Assembly: GCA_003221005.1 (NCBI GenBank)
Contig: QHTZ01000076.1
Coordinates: 1 to 36,343, forward strand
Direction of reading: 5' to 3'
Length of the DNA: 36,343 nt
From: Gemmatimonadota bacterium
GTDB lineage: Bacteria > Gemmatimonadota > Gemmatimonadetes > Gemmatimonadales > GWC2-71-9
The notes under the pieces were generated by a model. The model saw nothing but the letters and a program-made list of their open reading frames with translations, was not told the DNA's origin and made no database searches. Shown piece by piece: positions 29,697 through 36,343 of the stretch. The translations under genes and the position numbers were made by a program. Every line of letters starts with the position of its first letter. Position 1 is the stretch's first letter.

Positions 29697-30477
29697 AGTA
29701 AGAGTCGGCTGGAACGACGCCGACCTGCCGAAGGCGCAAGCACTCTCCCGCGTCGAGCCGTCGGATCGCCTCTGCCTGAAGCGCGCTCTGCCGCTGCATC
29801 CCCTTCCACGCCAGTGTCACATGGCTGTCCTCGCCCGGGACGATCGACAGCCGCTCCTGGAACAGCACCGGGCCTGTGTCGATCCCATCATCGAGGAGAA
29901 ACACGGTGCACCCGATCATGTCGGGGCGACCGTGGAGCAGCGCCCAGAAGGGGGAATAGGAGCCGCGATACCAGGGCGTGACGCCCGGGTGACCGCCGAT
30001 CACCGCCACCGGCGCGAGCAGCCGTGGCTTCGCGCCGACGATGTACTTGGTGTGAACCACGAAGATGTCAGGATCCAGACGGCCGATCGCGGCGAGCGTA
30101 TCCGGGTGCGAATACGACTCCGTCTGGACGGAGGCGAGGCCCGCACCCACCAGCGTCGCCCGATCCGCCGCCTCGTCGACCAGTCGGGCGAGCACGCGGC
30201 GATCCCGGCGCCCGTTCCGGGCCCGGTCGTACAACCGCCCCAGGATTTGGCCCGCCGTGTGGACCGCCCCATGCCGCGCCGCCCAACGCCGCAGAAAGCG
30301 CGTCCGCGCCTTGAAGCCTCGCCGCGCGCACCAAACGACGCCCACCAGATTCACTCCTGCGCGGACTAAGGTCGCACAGGTGTTGCGCTCGAGTGGACCC
30401 TCCGAGCACAGCGCGACCACCCGGTGCGGCCGTCGGGGGCCGGGCTGCAGGAACTCAGGGCTCGAAAAAGTGGTCAT
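29635..30477 (-). CDS. Formyltransferase-family protein
   Basis: HPGVTPWYRG and GCTVFLLDDGIDTG; its 3' end overlaps asnB convergently. Confidence 0.82.
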   Translation of the reverse strand: MTTFSSPEFLQPGPRRPHRVVALCSEGPLERNTCATLVRAGVNLVGVVWCARRGFKARTRFLRRWAARHGAVHTAGQILGRLYDRARNGRRDRRVLARLVDEAADRATLVGAGLASVQTESYSHPDTLAAIGRLDPDIFVVHTKYIVGAKPRLLAPVAVIGGHPGVTPWYRGSYSPFWALLHGRPDMIGCTVFLLDDGIDTGPVLFQERLSIVPGEDSHVTLAWKGMQRQSALQAEAIRRLDAGECLRLRQVGVVPADSYFSLPTLTDLLRYRCRQRLVR

Positions 30478-31384
30478 GACCCACGGTTTCGGCCAGCAGC
30501 GCGCGCCGCACTTTCAGATACCTCCGCATCCCGAGCAGCCGTTTCGGGACGGCGAGCAAGGCTGCGCGGGCCCGCTCCCGCCGCAAGTCGCCGGCAAGCC
30601 ACCGTCTCAGGGTCGCAGCATCCGTGGACTGTCGTGCGCCGATGCGCGCGATGCCGCGCCGCCCGAGTGCCGTCGGGTTGATCCCGAGTGTGGAGGTGAA
30701 GACGCAGTCGTATCCCACCGCCCCGGCGATCTCGAGCACGCGCCGGTCGACCGCACCTCCCGGGATGCTGAGGCAGCGCACCGCCCTGCCAAGCAGGTCC
30801 TCCAGCCGCCGCCTCGAATCGGATAGCTCGGCGAAGATTTCCTGCGACGCGAGGCTACTGAGCATACGATGCGTGACCCCGTGAGAACCGATGGTGAAGA
30901 GTGAGGGGTCGAGACGACGCAATCCTTCCTGGTCGGCGAAGAAGCGCCGGCCGATGAACCCCGAAACGACAAAGAAGAACGCCGTGATGCCGCGCTCCGC
31001 GAGGATGGGCGCGGCGCCCTCGACAGCGCCGCGCCAGCCGTCATCGAAAGTGAGAACACAGCCGGGCCCGTCCAGCGTCCCGGCTCCGCCGAGGCAGGCA
31101 CGCAGGGCAGCCTCACCCAGACTACTGACCCCTGCGGCCTGAATGACATCGAGATGCGACCGGAAGACGCGCTCGGAAACGTGGTACATCGTTGCCGAAC
31201 GGCCGAGGCTCCCGTAGGAGAAGACGTCTCCCGGGTGTACATCGTGATAGGCCACCGCGACGAAGCTCCGGGGCACGGTCGTGGCGTGGAGCGACACCTG
31301 CTGCGCGGGCGCGACACTGGCACCGGGACGTGCGATCTCGCTCACGGGCGTGCCGGGGGGTGCTTCGCGAGGACGTGGAGCCAT
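30455..31384 (-). CDS. Polysaccharide deacetylase (NodB/CE4)
   Basis: YHDV, LTFDDG, GSHGVTH and SIPGG; start uncertain. Confidence 0.88.
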   Translation of the reverse strand: MAPRPREAPPGTPVSEIARPGASVAPAQQVSLHATTVPRSFVAVAYHDVHPGDVFSYGSLGRSATMYHVSERVFRSHLDVIQAAGVSSLGEAALRACLGGAGTLDGPGCVLTFDDGWRGAVEGAAPILAERGITAFFFVVSGFIGRRFFADQEGLRRLDPSLFTIGSHGVTHRMLSSLASQEIFAELSDSRRRLEDLLGRAVRCLSIPGGAVDRRVLEIAGAVGYDCVFTSTLGINPTALGRRGIARIGARQSTDAATLRRWLAGDLRRERARAALLAVPKRLLGMRRYLKVRRALLAETVGHDHFFEP

Positions 31385-32556
31385 TGCAGCGTTTCTACGA
31401 CGAACGGCGCGGGGTCTCGCCAGCGCCAGACCTCGCTCCGATCCCGGCGGGGTCGATGGTGCAGGAACTCCAGCACCGCGCCGAGCCTCGATCCGTCGCC
31501 GTTTTGCAGATGCGGGTCCGCGGGCGGGGAGCGCCGGAGCCGCAGATAGAGGTGATCAACGTCTCCCCAGAACCAGCGGCTCCGCACGCCCACACGATAG
31601 TGGGAGCACTCCGGGACCAGCTCCCCCGCGGCGCAACGAACGAGGAGAGCGGGAAAATCGACGCCCGCATCGACCGCGAGCTGGAGCGATCCCCAAAACC
31701 GACCGTTCAGCTCCATCAGCACGTAGCGGCCCGTGGCAAGCTCCCGCTTGCACTCGATCATCGCCACACCCTGCCAATCGAGCATGTCCAGGAGCTGTAG
31801 ACCGGGATCGACGAGCGCGGGCGCGAGCGGAATGCTTTCCCGGTAGACGCTCACGCCGCCGCTCGGCGGGTTCTCTCGCAACCGACGATGCGCGAACAGG
31901 GCGACGGCACGGCCGTTCCACCGCAGCACGAACAGCCCCTCGCCGGGCCCCACCACTCGGCGCTGCAGCAAGACGGGGAACGCGGCGGGAGGGAGTGTCG
32001 CGAGAACGCTGCGACAGGCCGAGGCGTCAGGGACAGGCGTAACCCCGAGCTTCAGGCGGACCGCCCCCACCCGCGCTACGGAGCGGTGCGGCTTTACGAC
32101 GGCTGGGAAAAAACTCTCTTCGGGGATCGCGTCCGGCCAGGCAGCAGCCGTGAGCATCACCCGCGTGTCTGGCACGCCGAGACCCACGCATTCGGCAAGG
32201 TGGCACGCGCGAACCTTGTCCGACGCCGCTTGATAGGTCTGAAGATCGGGAAACGGCAGGACCGTTTCGCGCGGCAGGGCGGTGCGGTGCTCCAGGACGG
32301 CTTCGACCGACGGATCCGCTAGGGGCAGCACGAGGTCGATCCCGCGTTCGCGCACCAGCGCACCCAGCTCCGCGGCGTAGGCGGACGGATCGCACAGGGG
32401 ATCAGCGTGGCTGAGACAGCGGTGCACCCCCCGAGACACGCCGGCAAGACACGGGTTCACGTCCGCGGCCACGTGCACCTCGTGACCGGCGGCACGCAGC
32501 GACCGTGCGGCCGCGAGGGCAGCTCGTTCGTTCCCATCCGTGATCAGCACACGCAT
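31342..32556 (-). CDS. ATP-grasp carboxylate-amine ligase
   Basis: VLITDG, SDK, FPAVVKP, LLQRRV, HRRLRE.PPSGGVS and MELNGRFWGS. Confidence 0.88.
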   Translation of the reverse strand: MRVLITDGNERAALAAARSLRAAGHEVHVAADVNPCLAGVSRGVHRCLSHADPLCDPSAYAAELGALVRERGIDLVLPLADPSVEAVLEHRTALPRETVLPFPDLQTYQAASDKVRACHLAECVGLGVPDTRVMLTAAAWPDAIPEESFFPAVVKPHRSVARVGAVRLKLGVTPVPDASACRSVLATLPPAAFPVLLQRRVVGPGEGLFVLRWNGRAVALFAHRRLRENPPSGGVSVYRESIPLAPALVDPGLQLLDMLDWQGVAMIECKRELATGRYVLMELNGRFWGSLQLAVDAGVDFPALLVRCAAGELVPECSHYRVGVRSRWFWGDVDHLYLRLRRSPPADPHLQNGDGSRLGAVLEFLHHRPRRDRSEVWRWRDPAPFVVETLQWLHVLAKHPPARP

Positions 32557-32671
32557 GCGTCAGTCCGAGCGACACTTTCCATGCCCACACGCAGCCGCCT
32601 TCGGCGTACCGGGATCGTTGCATCGCCGCAACGGTTCGAGCGGGTTGACCGCTCCTGCGCACGCCCAACAC

Positions 32672-32687
32672 TGGCGCCTGTCTTGCA
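32672..32687 (+). promoter_or_regulatory. Sigma54 -24/-12 promoter
   Basis: (C)TGGCGC-CTGTC-TTGCA upstream of ATG 32763. Confidence 0.75.
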
Positions 32688-32762
32688 ACAGCGTCGTGCG
32701 CCCTGGGCCCCAGGCGAGCCCAGGCGTCGCCGATACCCTCGATCGCGAGGAGGCAGACTGGA

Positions 32763-34142
32763 ATGACCGCGACCGCCCGTGCGCCCCAGCCGGGAGCGCG
32801 CGCCATCGCAGCGGGTCCCCCAGCGCACAGGCCGGCAGAACCGGCCCGCTGGGACCTGCTGCTGGTGTGCGTCGGCGTGTACGTGGCATGTGCCGTCGGG
32901 CGGGTGCACCTACTGTTTCCTGCGCTGCAGCCGCTCCAGCCGGCGTTCATCTCGGGAGTACTGGCGACGGGCCTCTACGCGCTCGCACAGTCCGGCCCCC
33001 GCCGCGTGGAGTTGCTGCGCCATCGGGTGACCTATCTGCTCCTCGCCTTTACCGTCTGGATGGCGCTGTCCGTGCCCGGCGCCCTGAACCGGGGCGCCGC
33101 CTTCCACTTCTGGACCGGCAACTTCATCAAGTCGGTCGTGATGTACTTCGTAATCGCGGGGTGCATCAGGGGCTTCCGCGACGTCGAGCGACTGGCCCTC
33201 GCGTACTTCGCCTCGACCGTCGTGTATACCGTGGTGGTGCTCGCGCGCTTCCAGCTGGACGAGAGCAACTGGCGTCTGGCGGGTCTGTACACCTACGACG
33301 CCAATGACTTTGCCACGCTCGTGGTCACGGCGATGCCGCTCGGCCTCTACCTCGTGCTGCGAAGCCGATCGCTGCTCTGGCGAGCCACCTCGCTCGGCGC
33401 CTTGGGCACGCTCGCCGTCGGCCTGGTGTGGTCGGGATCGCGGGGCGGCTTTCTGGCCCTGCTTGTCACGATCTGCTTCGTCTTATTCCGGTTCACCACA
33501 GTGCCGGCGAAATGGCGGCTGGCCGTCTTCGCGGTCATTCTCGTCCTCGTCGCGGGGATCGCCAGTGATCAGTACTGGACGGCGATGCAGACCATCCTCA
33601 AGCCGAGCGAGGACTACAACGAGACATCGGAGACCGGCCGTATTAAGACCTGGGAGCGGGGGCTCGGATACATGGCGCAGCATCCGCTGTTGGGGGTCGG
33701 CGCCAACAACTTCTGGTTCGCCGAAGGGACGATCTCGCCGCTCGCGTGGCGCCAGCAGTACGGGAGAGCCGTCCGTTGGGGCGCGGCGCATAACAGCTTC
33801 GTTCAAGTCGGTGCCGAGCTCGGCGTGCCAGGACTCCTGCTGTTCGTCGCCATCCTCGCCAGCACGTTCGCCTCCCTGCGTCGAGTCGCGAAATACGCGA
33901 TAGAGACGGCCCCTGGCGTGCACGGCCCGCCACGGCTTGCGCAGTCGCTGATGGCGGCGCTCATCGGATTCAGCGTCGGCGCGTTCTTCTTGTCCCTGGC
34001 GTACGCGGAGATGCTGTATACGCTCATCGCCCTGGCGGTCGCCCTAGAGAAGATCAGCCGCCCCAAGGCCAGCCCTCTGCCGTTGCCCGCAAGTCGAGCA
34101 GTTGTCGGCGGCGGGTCGCATCCGCTGCGACACACAGCATGA
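32763..34142 (+). CDS. O-antigen ligase / Wzy-like polymerase
   Basis: Multi-TM, DANDFA, SGSRGG, GR..TW, HPLLGVG and AHNSFVQVGAELG. Confidence 0.9.
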   Translation: MTATARAPQPGARAIAAGPPAHRPAEPARWDLLLVCVGVYVACAVGRVHLLFPALQPLQPAFISGVLATGLYALAQSGPRRVELLRHRVTYLLLAFTVWMALSVPGALNRGAAFHFWTGNFIKSVVMYFVIAGCIRGFRDVERLALAYFASTVVYTVVVLARFQLDESNWRLAGLYTYDANDFATLVVTAMPLGLYLVLRSRSLLWRATSLGALGTLAVGLVWSGSRGGFLALLVTICFVLFRFTTVPAKWRLAVFAVILVLVAGIASDQYWTAMQTILKPSEDYNETSETGRIKTWERGLGYMAQHPLLGVGANNFWFAEGTISPLAWRQQYGRAVRWGAAHNSFVQVGAELGVPGLLLFVAILASTFASLRRVAKYAIETAPGVHGPPRLAQSLMAALIGFSVGAFFLSLAYAEMLYTLIALAVALEKISRPKASPLPLPASRAVVGGGSHPLRHTA

Positions 34143-35344
34143 TCCTGCTCTCCATCGCGCTCGGGCTGCTCGCTACCGTCTTGCTGCTGCCGACGGTATC
34201 CGATCTGACGGCCGTGCTCCGCATCCTGGTGCGGGGGCGTACGCCGGCTCCGGTGGCGCCGGCCGACCCGCCGCGGTTCCTGTTTCTCGTGCCCGCGCAC
34301 GACGAGGAGCTCCTGCTGGCGCGTTGTCTCGAATCACTCAAGGGCCTGCGCTATCCTTCAGCGCGCTTCGACATCGTGGTGATCGCCGACAATTGCAGCG
34401 ATCGAACCGCCGATATCGCTCGTGCCGCAGGGGTCCGCTGTCTGGAGCGGACCGCGCCGAACGCGCCGGGCAAGCCTCGAGCGATCTCGTGGGCCGTATC
34501 ACTGCTTCCGGTGCGTGACTACGACGGGCTTGTTATCGTGGATGCCGACACGGAAGTCGCGCGAGACTTCGCCCTGCAATTGGCGGCGCGCGGGCCGCTG
34601 GCGCACAGGGTATTGCAACCGCACAGCGGCATTCTCAATCCCTCGGAAAACGCGCTGACGCGGATGGGCGCGGTCCTGGCCGCCGCCGACTACGATTTTG
34701 CGTACGTCCTGAAGACGCGGGCCGGACTGAATGTGCCGCTCAGCGTCGGGATGTGCCTTGGGTCAGGAGTGCTCGCCGCCACCGGGTGGACGGCTCACTC
34801 CCTCTCAGAAGATTGGGAATTGTACGCGGTGCTCACCGAGCGCGGCGTGAGGATCGAAGGCGTGCCAGCCGCCAAGATCCGTTCCTTGGAGGCCTCGACG
34901 CTGCGGGAGGCCGCCAGCCAGCGGCGCCGCTGGACCGCCGGTAAACTCACCGTCTTGGTACGCCACGCGGGACCGTTACTCCGTAGTCGGAGCATCGGGC
35001 TGGCGCAGAAGGTGGACAGCTTGGCGGCACTGAGCGTCACGGGACCCGTGGCGCATCTCTGCGCAGTGGCCGTGGCCGTCACGGCGGCCCTGCTCCTCCG
35101 ACCGCCGGGGTCGCCGTTGCTCGCCACCGCACTGCTGCTCACGCTCGTGCGCCCTGCGGTATACACGCTTGTCGCGCTCTGCGCGGACCCGGAGCCCGTC
35201 CGAGCGGCGCTGGCGTTCGCCTATCTCCCGCTCTACGCGATCTGGCGTGCCGGGATCACCGCGAGCGCCCTGGCGATGCTCGGCGACAAACCCTGGGTTC
35301 GCACGCAACGGCATGTCCCGCCTCCGCCCCGGCCATTGGGCTAG
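34139..35344 (+). CDS. Glycosyltransferase family 2 (D,D,D,QxxRW)
   Basis: VPAHDEE, ADNCSD, VDAD, SED and QRRRW; ATGA overlap with the upstream gene. Confidence 0.92.
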   Translation: MILLSIALGLLATVLLLPTVSDLTAVLRILVRGRTPAPVAPADPPRFLFLVPAHDEELLLARCLESLKGLRYPSARFDIVVIADNCSDRTADIARAAGVRCLERTAPNAPGKPRAISWAVSLLPVRDYDGLVIVDADTEVARDFALQLAARGPLAHRVLQPHSGILNPSENALTRMGAVLAAADYDFAYVLKTRAGLNVPLSVGMCLGSGVLAATGWTAHSLSEDWELYAVLTERGVRIEGVPAAKIRSLEASTLREAASQRRRWTAGKLTVLVRHAGPLLRSRSIGLAQKVDSLAALSVTGPVAHLCAVAVAVTAALLLRPPGSPLLATALLLTLVRPAVYTLVALCADPEPVRAALAFAYLPLYAIWRAGITASALAMLGDKPWVRTQRHVPPPPRPLG

Positions 35345-35350
35345 GTGGCC

Positions 35351-36343
35351 TCAGGGTCGGCTCAGCCGCACCCCGTCGATCCAGTAGTAGTCGGTCTCCG
35401 TCTTGCGCACACCGCTGTTCCCGCCCCACGTCGGGGCAAACATGAACTGGACAAAGTTCGGGTTGTCGAAGTTCACGTTCGTATAGTTGCCCACCAGGGT
35501 CGGCGCCGCATCCCCGAGCTTCGTCGCCCACCAGCGCACGATCCCGTCCCGCGCCGTGGGCGACGTGCTCCCCTTGCAATACAGCTCGATCCGATACCAG
35601 GTGCCCGGCGCAATCACATAGTTCCCGCCATTGACGTTGCCAAACAGATGCCACACGGTCCCCGAGCCCGCCGAGTTCGCCAGATGCCCGTTGGCTGCGG
35701 CGAGGAATTCCAGGGTCACCGTCAGGTAGTAAGCCGCCTGGTTCTGGTTGTTCATCATAACGATGAGATTGGCGACCGGGCCCGGCGACGCATCCATCCA
35801 GAACGAGATCTTGTCGATGCCGCTGGGATCGCCCTGCCAGGGCGTGCTCGCCTTCCACCAGAACGCGGTGTAGTACTCCCGCCCCACCGGGGCTGGGTTG
35901 GTGTAGAGGGTCCAGGGTTCCGTCCCGCTCAGCAGCCCCGCGGGGAACGTGATCTGGGCCACCCCCGGGGGGGATAGCGGGGCGGCGGCATCACCCACGA
36001 CCGCGGCCAATCCCGTTCCCGCCGTCTGATTCCAGAGGTTCGCACCGCTCATGAAGCTCCCAGTCGGGCTCGTCACCAGCTGACTGTAGGACCAATCCGT
36101 CAACGTCGTGTACCCCGCCGGCTCGTTCGGCCACGCCCCCCCGGCCGGTGGTGGCGGTGATGCCGTCACCGTGAGGGTGGCGGAGCCGGTGATGCCGCCG
36201 CTCGAGGCGCTGATGGTGGCGGGGCCAGCCACGAGGCCGGTCGCGAGCCCGCTCGCACTCACCGTCGCTACAGCCGCGGCGCTGCTCGCCCACGTGACGG
36301 GGCGCCCAGTGAGCGTGTTGCCCGCCGCATCCTTGAGAGTGGC
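35351..36343 (-). CDS. Truncated surface protein with Big_2 Ig-like repeat and C-terminal beta-rich domain
   Basis: Frame open to the window end. ATLKDAAGNTLTGRPVTWASS..VATVSASGL..G.ATISA is followed by a domain containing WYRIE..DG..RWW..WGG..YWID. Confidence 0.8.
   Translation of the reverse strand, partial: ATLKDAAGNTLTGRPVTWASSAAAVATVSASGLATGLVAGPATISASSGGITGSATLTVTASPPPPAGGAWPNEPAGYTTLTDWSYSQLVTSPTGSFMSGANLWNQTAGTGLAAVVGDAAAPLSPPGVAQITFPAGLLSGTEPWTLYTNPAPVGREYYTAFWWKASTPWQGDPSGIDKISFWMDASPGPVANLIVMMNNQNQAAYYLTVTLEFLAAANGHLANSAGSGTVWHLFGNVNGGNYVIAPGTWYRIELYCKGSTSPTARDGIVRWWATKLGDAAPTLVGNYTNVNFDNPNFVQFMFAPTWGGNSGVRKTETDYYWIDGVRLSRP

Overview
GC-rich bacterial window; the lipoprotein and Ig-like domain styles suggest Gemmatimonadota (inference). 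Left part: a stressosome operon (rsbR-rsbS-rsbT-rsbX) runs directly into a sigma54 enhancer-binding protein with a pseudo-receiver domain and then a truncated helical protein. Next come two tandem copies of an apparently undescribed cassette. Each copy has a consensus sigma54 promoter, a lipoprotein ending in a TGGG...TFGF...GGNI (post-COAP-1-like) domain, a secreted Lys/Cys-free choice-of-anchor-P-like protein, and a conserved ~100-nt covarying structured RNA with a terminator. The remainder is a Wzx/Wzy-type exopolysaccharide locus: wecB, short OPX, glmS, wzc, priming transferase, GT2/GT4, flippase, Wzy/ligase, two deacetylases, SGNH hydrolase, AsnB, formyltransferase and ATP-grasp ligase. 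It carries its own regulators: a degenerate REC-GGDEF protein with an intact RxxD site, an NtrC-type regulator and a sensor-less histidine kinase. At least seven -24/-12 sigma54-type promoters suggest a single biofilm/matrix regulon. No tRNA, rRNA, CRISPR or mobile element was seen.
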